Made by a program: the position numbers and the translations under genes. The notes under the pieces are model-generated. The model was not told the DNA's origin. It searched no databases and saw only the letters and a program-made list of their open reading frames with translations. This document shows, in pieces, positions 36,550 to 47,493 of a stretch of DNA of 64,000 bases. The first letter of the stretch is position 1, and every line of letters begins with the position of its first letter. Origin of the DNA: Cercozoa sp. M6MM (Eukaryota > Protista > Endomyxa: Ascetosporea); the NCBI GenBank assembly GCA_040357565.1, contig JBDODJ010000055.1, one strand, 5' to 3'.

Positions 36550-38419
36550 AAAACTGAAATAAAGTCGCCAATGAAAGTCCGCTCCAGTTGACGAAAGCGA
36601 ATTTCGAAAACTGTAAAATAAAGTGTTGGTGCTCGGCGTTGTCATTCCTACTTTAAACTGGCGGATTCATCGCAGACCTGTCGAACTGCACAAAAATATA
36701 TCTGTAGTCGACCCCCTCAAAAATGTCCGAAGTCCAAACATCAAAAACTTTGAAAATGTCTGCAAATCGGCACGGATGCGAAAAAGTGAGAAAACGTCTC
36801 GACTTTTACGGGACGTTTGTTTTGAGTGCATTTGTGCTTCAGAGAAAGTTGTGGCTCGCATCGCAGGCTGGAGCGGATGACGTTAAATACGACTCTGTGT
36901 CTCGTGTACGTTAAATACGACTTGTGACGTATTTGCACCTCATTTACAAGGTTTGTTCGGTATTTTTTGTGCAGTTCCTTCTGTGACTCGCAATGTGCTC
37001 GACTACCCGTCGACACGCGATTTCATTGAAAGCGGAGCAGTTAAGCTTGTTTTGAAAAGCTCCGACCTGACGTGCGCTACGGCAACAGACGGCCACAAGC
37101 GTTGATGAAGCTGCTGACGACTTTCGTGTTCCCTTCCGTCGCATTTTGTGGTTGGCCTCGTGCAGCACAGCCAGTCGAGAGATTATCGCCGTGTAGTTTT
37201 GGACAAGGCAATTCAGCGCCAAGGCGTGGGACATGCTTGGGCTGTATCCTGCGCAACGACTCGCCGTACTGGATGGTGGAGGCCGTTGTTGAACGGCAAC
37301 GGCGCTTACTGCTAATGCAATTGGTAAATCTGCATCTGGTGCTTGTGCAGGAAACCCCTTTTAAATTTATGATTGCCTTGCGTCTGCTGTCTCGACCTAT
37401 ATACGCGCCTCTTGTAAAATTTACATTCACTATTTTTGTCATGTTAGTGCGTGTACTCACTCTTGCAGTCTTGTAGCTTTCTTATTGCAGGAGAGTCAAA
37501 TTCAGGGGCAACTGCTGGTTGGAGGGGAGCCAGAGAGAGGCTGGAGTGCAGCCAAAGATTGCTGTGCAGTCCGAGGTTGAAGTACAGCCACAAGCTGCTC
37601 AAGTCACCCAAGCGCAGCCACAAAGGGTCAAGTGCGACCGCAATATGTGCTCGCAACTGCGACGGGTAACTGTCACTGTTTGAAGCTTATTTACAACGCG
37701 ATACAGAATCACCAAAAAGCGACGTGTCAAGGTGGAAAGCACGCCGCAGACGGTTGCGACAAGTTAAGCTCAGCGATTGGATGAAAAGCGATACCTGCGA
37801 TCCGGTGGGAGAGAAAGCAAAGCAAGAGCGAAGACAAGAAGAAACACGCCTGCAGGCGGAGCAGGCCAAGTCCCGGACATATTTAGGCTCTTCTCCTTGT
37901 ACTGTAGATGCGTCACCTCACACGGTTCTTCAGAGGCGCCGGAAGATACCTTAGCTTGCATGTACGTGCGTAATGTCCTTTGAGAGAACTTGAAAAAACT
38001 AACGGGAAAAGAGTCTCACGCAGTCTAGTTAAAGCAGTTGGCAGCACTAGCGTGTAGAATGTGTGACTTTGAATGCAATAGAAGTGCTTGAGGCTGCTCG
38101 AAAGGTGCAGGTTGCGCGGTTCGAACAGCAGTGTCTTGGCGGACAAGATTGTCAGAATGGATGATGTCGGTCTTTGTGTTGTCAGAAGCCGTGCATTGTT
38201 TTGTCGAAACGGCCTGCCACCAGCGGTGGCGCTACCGCACTAACTCCGGTAACATTAACGCGCACACTAAAGACTGAAGCCAGTAAAGCATGTGGTGTGC
38301 GGCCGAGTGCCCTGTGCAGCGAGCAACTGGCTCGACAAATATCGATGTCTTGTCCTGCAGAAACCGCCCGCTTACAGGACAACCTTTGAGAGAAAAGAGT
38401 AAAACAACACTCATTTTGC

Positions 38420-38679
38420 GCCTGGAGACTACCACATAGACCCTAGTGACGTAGCAAACGACCGAGCAAGCCATGGCACTCGCCTCCCGTACGCTGTGCT
38501 CTGTCTGTGTCGTGTCGGTTCTTGTTTCGTTTTTCGTTTTTGGGTTGTGAGAGTTTTCTTGTGCCACATTGCCACACTGTGTAGATGTGTTTGATTTGCT
38601 TGTTAGGCTGCACTAACTGCACCCCGCTCCGACAGGTACAGTACTGTGCAGTCTCAGGTTTCGTGTCATGCTGCCGTGT

Positions 38680-38759
<80 letters not shown>

Positions 38760-39295
38760 CGCACACACACACGCACACACAGTGGAGCGAGGAGGAAGTT
38801 CGACTCAACCGGCGCCTCCCGACGCCTGTTCCTGTCCCCGAAAGTGCGATCACTTTGAGTTCATGCAAACAACATACTGATCTCTTCAATCTGGATTTGC
38901 GCTGCATGTGCATGTGTGCAGGACCAGCTCCGCGCCACCAAGAAGGAGGAGAAGACGACGACGACGACGAGAATCTCTTCCCAGAGGACGACGAGGAGGA
39001 GGAGGTGAGTTCGGGGTTACTGTGCTCTGAGTAAGTCATGTCTGTCATCTGAGTCTGACCGATCTGATATTGGAGTGCGCGTGTGCTGTGCATGTGTGCA
39101 CGTCCGATCTGCCTGATCAGAACGAGTTCGAAGGCAGCGTGTCGCAGAGCGTCGAGTTGGTGGAACCGCCACCGCACCAGGTCTACGGCCACCGCACGCG
39201 TATAGTACTACCGCCCGCTATAGCTATTGTAGTGCCCCGTACTGCCCCGACCCGGGACTTTCACTTGATTTTTTGTGTTCTTGTCGACGTGTTTT

Positions 39296-39343
<48 letters not shown>

Positions 39344-39443
39344 NNNNNNNNNNNNNNNNNNNNNNNNNNNNNNNNNNNNNNNNNNNNNNNNNNNNNNNNN
39401 NNNNNNNNNNNNNNNNNNNNNNNNNNNNNNNNNNNNNNNNNNN

Positions 39444-39484
<41 letters not shown>

Positions 39485-39865
39485 TCCTGACAGCGCGGCC
39501 TCGAGAACATCGTGAACGTGGCCAACACCGACACTTACCGTCGTGCAGCGCCTGCGCCGGCACCAGCACAACTGCTGCCAGTGCAGCGGCAACCGCAGCC
39601 ACCTGAAAGGCTCGCTCGCCGTCGGCCGGTGCACCGACCGTTCCGACCTTGCCGGCCTCCGAACTACCTGTATGATGTGGAACTCAACGTCTTCCGATTC
39701 ATGGCACCGTGGGAGATCAAGGTGAGAATCGCCGAGTTTGAGCGCTTCCGCTCCATGAATGCTGGGACGGTGACTTGTCCCTCCGCCCGGCCCCTGGCGC
39801 CGCACCCCTTCCTCCCGCTTCGGGCAAGACTGATATCATCACGGCGGCGCGGGCGTCTACTTTAG
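38420..39865 (+). CDS. Hypothetical multi-exon protein with acidic tract (may begin further upstream, ~37440)
   Basis: Exons WSEEEVRLNRRLP, EGGEDDDDDENLFPEDDEEEE, NEFEGSVSQSVELVEPPP and YLYDVELNVFRFMAPWEIKVRIAEFERF bounded by GT-AG sites. Confidence 0.45.
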
Positions 39866-40255
39866 TGTATTGCCTGCCTGTATACTGTTAGTACTGTTAG
39901 CTAGCTACTGTACTGCAGAAGAAAGTAACGTAAATCTTCCGTCAGGAATGCTGACCGTACTCGACCGCGCAGTGACATAAGCGAGTGCGAGAATGACTAC
40001 CGTACGGCCGGCGAAGTCGACCCACTCTAGCTAGACTAATGCAGGAGAACTGACGTACTGGTGAGCTGTAGGCTCCGTACAGACTCAACTAACCAACTAC
40101 GGTCGGAGAAGGTATCTCTGGCTCGAAAGGTCGGATTTCTTGAAATCGAACGTGGGGCAGCAGGCAGACAAACGTTTGAAACCCGTAGTTTTGCACCCTT
40201 CTTCCGCACCATCGGGTGGTAGTAGCCATAGGTGCGTAGGTACCAAAAGCAAAAA

Positions 40256-40445
40256 AGGAATTAAGGAATTGCAAAAAGAACGCGGTGCCGACGCCCGAAT
40301 TAAGGAGTTAAGGAATTACAAAAAGAGCGCGGTGCCAACTTGAAGAATTACAAAACGCAAACGCGGTGCCAACTTAAGGAAGTACAAAAAGAACGCGGTG
40401 CCCACTTCACTTGAGGAATTACCAAAACGAAAACGCGGTGCCAAC
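40256..40445 (-). repeat. Tandem array (5 units of ~33-40 nt) of tRNA 3' end + trailer + oligo-T terminator
   Basis: The + strand unit ttaaggaattacaaaaagaacgcggtgccaac is repeated; the last unit is the 3' end of the tRNA-like gene itself. Confidence 0.9.
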
Positions 40446-40592
40446 GCCCGGACTCGAACCGGGATCCGCCCGCATTACCCACACAACACGTGTTCGGCTG
40501 CCAGTGCGGCAGCCAGAGATTTCAAGAAAGAAGTTCGAATTGGGGGGTGTCCCGAGGGACAGGTGGGCGCTCTACCATTGAGCTACACTGGC
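40439..40592 (-). tRNA. tRNA-like gene with ~81-nt insert in the anticodon loop; identity ambiguous (Asp-GTC if spliced at 37/38, Thr-like acceptor)
   Basis: GCCAGTG TA GCTC AATGGTA GAGC G CCCAC ...insert... GCGGG CGGAT CCCGG TTCGAGT CCGGG CGTTGGC A CCGCGTTTT. Acceptor stem, D arm (A box), T arm (B box) and terminator are intact. Confidence 0.7.
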
Positions 40593-40833
40593 AACCAAGC
40601 CGCTGACATCTGCCATATCCACAAATGCTGAACTTGGCAACTCATTGTGACCACATCATGGGCTAGTTTGTTTACCTGTATTCGCACCCTTGCAAGCCAC
40701 AGACCTGCCGCGAAACCACGTTACTAAGGCTAATTTGTGTCGTTTTTCATTTGTAACTGACCCGAAGCTACTGGCTGGAAGTGTCAACTCGTCGATTGAG
40801 AGGGGCCGTAATGTGTTCAGCGTTCAGCGCCAG

Positions 40834-43800
40834 TTAAGGCTGCGACTCGGCGAGCTGCGTGATTTGGCGCAGAAAGTGGCTCGGTGACGGGAAGTCAGTG
40901 GCGCCGACCACCTGTGATGAAGCGATTATTTGACCAGCCACTGCGGGGGGGGGGGTTCAGCATACCAGGTCGCAGGCAGTGCCTCCAGCAGCAACACCAA
41001 CAGAAGCGGCGCTGCGTGCCGAGGATCGCTGTGCATACTCGCGCAGATCGGCGGCCTCGGCAAAGGAGAGGCCTGATCCGCAGGCACATGCACATACTGT
41101 ATAGGACCGGAAAGACCTAACTGGGTGAGTGCAGGTACCACCGACGACGACGCACATCACTGGACCAGCAGCACCGCTGAAGCCAGTGCCCAGAGGGTCC
41201 AGTGTGCAGTAGGCCTGCTCCTCACCAGTCTACACGGACGGTTTATTCGCATGGCCAGTTTGATAGAGTGGGGTACCGTCAATGCAGCAGCGAGTGCACG
41301 TGTCAGTGGCAGACTACAACACCGTCACTCAGTCAAGCACATGAGATGATCGCACTGATCACTGCCAAGGTAGGTCAGACAGGACAAGGAGACCGAGCAT
41401 GCGACGGCAGCAGCTGCTTCATCTGTCCGAGCAGTTCGGCCCCGGTGCCAACAACGCGATCGGCGAACTTGCCTGCGCACGTGTGCAGACACGTATGATC
41501 ACCTCAGTCGGAGTGATCACCTCAGTCGGAGTGATCACCCTAGTCAGTCAAGAAAAGGCACCAAGCAGCTTGAGACCCGTGCCGGACAGGAGACGCGACC
41601 GGTCATTGGCCTCCTCTTGCTGCCGATCGCTCTCCGGCAGTGCTCCAGTCGACAGTGCCGTCGCCATGTGTACCGTTAGCCACCTACGATCACCACGTGC
41701 TCACTGAGAGGAGAGAGAGCACCCACGTGGTCACTCTGACTGAGTGATACCGGCGCACAAAGGCGGCTGCTGCCAACGACACCGCCGGCTTGACCGACTC
41801 GTTTCCTGCGGAGGGGGGTAAGAGGGTGAATGGGAGGGGTAGAAGGGGTAAGAGGGGGTAAGATGGCGTGGGGGGAGGGGTAAATACGCGACAGCATGCT
41901 GGCCAACGAGCGCGGCTGCGACTTGGCCAAGGCATCGGCCTGTCTCTGCAGCGACTCTTCCATGTCACGCAGCAGCTACACATGCCCACTCATTCAGTGA
42001 TCACTTCAGCAGTCAGTGATCACTCCAGTCAGTGGCCAAAGCTATCACATACATGTGGTCACACGTACCTCAGAGGCGTCGACTTTGCGCATCGCCGTGC
42101 ACAGCAGCACCACCTACAGGAGGTAAGGAGGTAAAGAGGGGGTAAAAAGGAGTAAAGAAACAGACCAAGAAGAAGCGCAGACGGTCCTGAAAAACGGCGT
42201 GATCCACGTGCTCCGAGCCGACGCCGACGAGCGACAGCAAGTCCTGCTTCCGCGCGGAGATCTGTGGTCACACAGACACACAAACACCAGTCAAATGATG
42301 CGACGTATCAGTCGGACAAGAAGACACCTGCTGCGACGTCGAGATGTGGCCGGTCAGGAAGTCCCTCTACGGGGTAAAGGAGGAGAGGTAACGGGGGGGG
42401 GGTAACACGGGGTATGGGGGTAAGACACCTCGGTGTTGTACAGTGCGGCCAGATCGCGCTGGTTCAACTGACGCGAGATGGCGTCGGCCACGGCCGAGTG
42501 ACGGTCAATCTGCGCCTTGCGCTTGCGCCTGCAACCACAAGGAGCAAAAAGGGGTAAGGGCAAGGGGTAAGGGGTGGACAAAGGGGGTAAGGAAGGTAAA
42601 GGGGACACAGGGGCATAGGGGTAAAGTGAGGTAGTGGTACCACTCAGGCAGTTCCGACAGCAACGACGACAACTCGCCTGTCCATAGGAACAGCCATATG
42701 TACATTCCATCGGTACAATCCATATGTACAGCCCATATATGTACAGTCCATATGTACCCTGCTGCTCGTGCTGAATGGAGGTGGCATCGTCTTGGTGTTG
42801 CTGCGCAGAGTGTAGATACACAACTTAACAATACAAACCCCCTTAACAAAGTCCTTCTAAGGCCCCTTAACATAGGTATTAAGGGTGAGTTGACTACCTG
42901 CAGCAGCGCACTGAAGGCCTCGGCCACCTCGGGGAAGGCGTCGTCGGCGTGCCGCCACCAGAAGGCGTCCTCCTGGTTGAATTCGAGCACGCGCCGTTTG
43001 GCACCGCCAGTTGCACCGCCACCGGCACCGTCACTGGGGCCGTGATCACCCTCGGCGTCAGCGGACACGTGCACCCGGTTGCACCGCAGGTCCAGCAGGT
43101 CGTGGCACAGCGCGCGGTACCGACACGGGTGGTGCAGCACCGACGCCAGGTCGTCGCCTCTACACACATGCACACAGGCACACATGCACACGTGTTTCTC
43201 ACTGACTGACTGAGTGATTCAGTGACTGATTGAGTGACTGACGGTGCCAATGATACCGGTCAAGCAGCACAATGACGGGTCGTGCAACCGTCGCATCAGC
43301 GTCACTCGGCGTCAGCAGCGCCGCTAGTCGCTCCGCCACCGCCGAGGCCGCACACGACTTGCTCTGTGGGGGAAGGGCGTAGGGGTAAATGGGGGTGAAT
43401 GGGGGTAAAGAGGGGGTAAAGAGACGAAAGAGGGGTAAAGATGGGGAGAAAGAGGGGGGAGGGAGTAAACCGGACAGCGCAGAACAGGAGTGCAGCGAGG
43501 AGACCAAAGTGCCACAGCTCCGCGCAGTCGCTGCGCCGTCTCCTGCAGCAGCCACTCCACCTCCGCGTCTATACACAGCACTGCATGAACAAGCCTGTCC
43601 GCGGGCAGCGTCACTCGGCCTACCGGCGGACGAGTGCGCGCGGAGGAAGAAATCCGTCGACTCCAGAGAAAATAGCGACGGCGCCAGCGACACAAAACTG
43701 CGGGAGGGATAAAGGGATAAAGAGGGGGTGAAGGGACAAAGAGGGGGTAACGGGATAAAGCGGGTTGTAAAGGGGTAAAGAGGGTAAAGATAGGATAAGG

Positions 43801-44775
43801 GGTAAAGAGGGGCAACGTGGGGTAAAAAGGGGGTAAAGCTACGAGGAGTTGCGCTCGCGCACGGTTTCGACCAGCGTGGCCGCCAAGGCCGCACTGTCTG
43901 TAGGCACACTCGTGTGTCCAATGTGCCACATGTCCATATGTACCACATGTCTATATGGACATGCGGACGGGACAGATGTACCAGGCAGCGGACGGCACAG
44001 CTGGCGCGCCAAGTGCTGCAGCGACTCGCGCGCCACCGGCGACACTGCATAGGGGGCGCGGGGGGTTAAAGGATAAGGGGGTAAAGGGGTAAAGGTGTAA
44101 AGGGAACAAAGGGGTATAGCGGGTGAAGGGTAAAGAGTCAGGTGGATAAAGGGTAAGGGGTAAAGGGGGTAAACATACAGAACTCGATGCGGAAGCTCTT
44201 GAAGCGGTGTGCAGCAATGTCTTGTGCCATCTGCACGCCCAGAAATGTGGCTACACTCACACGGTCCAGACACGGGTCCATGTATACCAGATCAATGTTT
44301 TCGGCAGAGGGTTCCACAAAGTACACGGCTATGCAGAAATGGACAGTCCACATGGAGCCGGACATGCACAGAGAGGGGGAACAGATGTACCTGGCACACT
44401 GCGCATCTGCTGTCGCGGCGACTGTGCGATCGATAGGTGCAGTGTCACCCCTGTCCACATCCGCGCGGATACTCGCAGACCAAGCACATCTATGATCGGT
44501 ATGTACCCGCGGAGCGAAGTGCCTGCACCGGGAACAGCTGCGTTAGCACCTCGCGGCCACGTGCGCAGTACACCAGGCACTTCCACTGCTGCTGCCGCTG
44601 CTGCGCCTGGTCCATCGCTGCGTTGATGTCGCTGCTGCTGCCTTTGGTGTCCCCTGAGAGTAACACATAGGAGAAGGGGTCCAAAGCGGTCACAGGGAAG
44701 GCACAACACGTGTCTTGTACCCTGCAGCATCTGCCAGAGATGCCGCTGCTGACGATCGCGTAAGTCCGCGCTCAT
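40834..44775 (-). CDS. SLY1: Sec1/Munc18 family protein Sly1/SCFD1
   Basis: WKCLVYCARGREVLTQLFPVQALRSAG|VTLHLSI, AVYFVEPSAENI, FVSLAPSLFSL, RPVIVLLDR, LHHPCRYRALCHDLL, DAFWWRHADDAFPEVAE, YCTLDP...VVVGG|GLSFAEA, VVGATDFPSPSHFLRQITQL. Confidence 0.85.
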
Positions 44776-44964
44776 TGTTGTACTCAGACGTGTGTTAACA
44801 CTGCAGAATACGCGTGCAGTCGCGTCACTTTGCTACAATGGCACTGTTGAACAGCCTAGCCTCCCGCTTAAAATGTTTAATTTTTCCCGGTTTCTGGGTA
44901 CGCTTGTTTCACACGTCAGAGTGTGCACGTGCGGTAGTGTGTGATTTTGGGAAATACAGTAAAC
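44776..44964. promoter_or_regulatory. Short bidirectional promoter (SLY1 / RFC3) with E2F-like TTTCCCGG at ~44883-44890
   Basis: Divergent starts 189 bp apart. Confidence 0.4.
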
Positions 44965-46928
44965 ATGCTGCTTGTTGAAAAGCACTGTCCCAAACAGCTC
45001 GGGCAGCTGGACTACCACGAGGATGTCACGAGTCTGCTGCGCCAGATGGTACTACCACGAGGATGTCACGAGTCTGTAGGCGGTCCTACTTGATTGGAAT
45101 GCAGGCACGGAGGGCCGAGGTGCCGCATTTGCTCGTGTACGGACCGCCGGGCAGTGGCAAGAAGACGCGCATTGGGGTACCTTTTGAGAACGCTGTTTCG
45201 ACATACTATAGTGACTTACAAACACGCTTGTTCAGGCACTGCTGCGTGCCTTGTACGGCCAAGCAGCCGAGCACAAACAGCTCGCACACAAAAGCTTCAA
45301 GGTGCGCAGTCGGTAGGCTGCCTCCTCATGCTCAGCATCATATCTATTTTACCGTATGTCTATATTATCATATGTCTGTAGTACCATGTCTATGTCTGTA
45401 ACTACCCTTGCCGCTGTAACCTTGCTGCAGGGAGATCGAGGTGGCCCTGCTGACCAGCAAGAATCACATCGAACTCGACCCGAGCGATGCCGGTCTGTAC
45501 GACCACGTGGTCGTGCAGGAGATTATCAAGGAGATGGCGCAGTCGCGCAACATCTCGGCACTCGACGCGTACCCCCTCATTTGTCCCATTACCTGCCTCC
45601 GCACGGACGCTTGTACCTGCGCAGTGCTTCGAATGCAACGAAAGCTAAGAACTTCAAAGTCGTCGTTCTGCACCATGTAGGCTTTTTCTCAGGCTGCCAA
45701 AACACGCTCTTGTATTCGTGTGTACAGGTGGAGAAACTCTCACACGCGGCACAACACGCGCTGCGTCGGACCATGGAAAGGTACAATTGTTTACCTTTTA
45801 CCCCTGTTATCCCTACCACCCCCCCCAGATACATGTCGTCGTGCCGGCTGATTCTATGCTGTGACTCGGTGTGCAAAGTGACGGCGCCGCTGCGCTCGCG
45901 CTGTCTGCCCGTGCGAGTAGCCGCTCCGACTGACGAAAAGGTACACTTTCTTCCTGTCTGTTTGTGCCGTCCATGTGTACGGTTCAAACGTACTGTCCAT
46001 GCATACAAGTAGGTGCGTGAGATTCTGGCCAAGACTCTGGTTGCAGAGGGACAGGTACCTTTTGTTCACAAGTGTGTGCGTGTTGTGACGGTGCTACTTG
46101 TGTTGTGTAAAGCGAGATGTCCGCGCGGACAGTCCGGTCGTGCGCGAGATCGCCGAGCACAGCAAGGGCAACCTGCGCAAGGCGCTGCTGCTGCTCGAGA
46201 CGGCCATCGTGCAGGCCGACAATTCCGTGCTGAGACCCGACTCCTCGGTACGCAGGCCTGTGTATCATTTTACCTGTCTGGTGGGTTGAGTGAGTGGATA
46301 CACATGGGTTGCGCAGGTTGAGGTGGCCTCCTGGGAAAGTTTCGTGTCAGACATGGCGACACTCGTGCTGTCGGAACAGACACCCAAGCAACTTGCTGCC
46401 TTGTATCTTGTGTCTACCCCTTGGCCTCCCTACTGTTACCCCCCCCCCCATCACTAGGCGCGACAAGTGCTACCAGTTGCTGCTGAACCTGTTGCCGCCA
46501 GACCTGGTGTTGTCGCAGCTCGCGCACTCGCTGAGCGAGAAGCTTCCGCGCGGAAGTTGCGTCGATACCAAGGTCTTTGAGGCTACTAAACACACGGCAC
46601 TCACACGTGCTGCCGTCGGTGGTACCTATATCCCTCCCGGTTACCTCTGCTTCTGTCGTTCTTTTTGTATACTTCGCGGTGCAGGTGACAACATGTCGCG
46701 ACCAGTGTGCTCCAACGAAGACATGCGACGGTACTCCAATTTTGCGCATCCACTTGAATCACGCGGCGTGGTTTCTTCTTGCGCAGACGTGTCTGGGCAC
46801 TGGCGGCCGAGCTGCAGCTGCGCATGTGTCAGGGCAGCAAGCCGATCCTGCACCTCGAGGCCTTCCTCGCCTCCGTCATGTCGCTGCTCCGCGAGTGGAA
46901 CATGGCCACGCTCGTGCAGCAACACTAG
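44965..46928 (+). CDS. RFC3: Replication factor C subunit 3 (yeast Rfc5 orthologue)
   Basis: MLLVEKHCPKQLGQLDYH, PHLLVYGPPGSGKKTRI, HIELDPSDAGLYDHVVVQEIIKEMAQ, AQHALRRTME, PLRSRCL, GNLRKALLLLE, GSKPILHLEAF. Confidence 0.93.
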
Positions 46929-47366
46929 TTAACGAAGCACCTACCTAGCGTCTACGATACGCACATACGGTATACGTACTGATCTACCTACACATCGTAC
47001 TGTTACTGTCACGTCAACATCAACGCAATCAATCTACTCGGCTTACGTGACTTGCCCTGCGTAAAGGTGTGCTACGTTGGCGCTTGGACGCCGACACCCA
47101 ACGACGTGCCGTCTGCCGTCGTCGTCTTCTCCAAAATCCCGGAGCAACCGCGACGCGATGGTCGCTGTCGACGTCAGTCTGCCACTGTATGACGCCCGAG
47201 ACTTTGACGCGGAGCATCGCTGGACGCCAACCAGGACAGAGCGAGACTGCAGTGTGACCGTTGACGCCAAGGGAGTCTGCGGAGATGCGTAGTGGACGAC
47301 CTCGCTCCTCCAATGACACATGTTTGACGGCTTCGTGTCGCCAAGCTTCAACGTTCTTAGAAGAAT

Positions 47367-47419
47367 GGCACAGGGGAACTATATGGTTGGCCTCGAAGTA
47401 GACTGAACTAACTAACTAC
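47367..47419. repeat. Dispersed ~55-nt element, copy D (opposite orientation)
   Basis: Reverse complement reads gtagttagttagttcagtctacttcgaggccaaccatatagttcccctgtgcc. Confidence 0.75.
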
Positions 47420-47493
47420 TGAGACGTACGTATATTATCGTACGGCGTTTTAAGGCAGCGTTTCGGTTTTCCCCATACTGTATGTGTACGAGG

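Noticed and set aside
40256-40445. CRISPR array
   Set aside because: Eukaryotic context, the 'spacers' are homologous to each other, and there are no cas genes; it is a tandem repeat.
47029-47351. Small standalone gene between RFC3 and the 47494 gene
   Set aside because: Short overlapping ORFs on both strands with no motif and non-ATG starts; may be a repeat body adjacent to element copy D.
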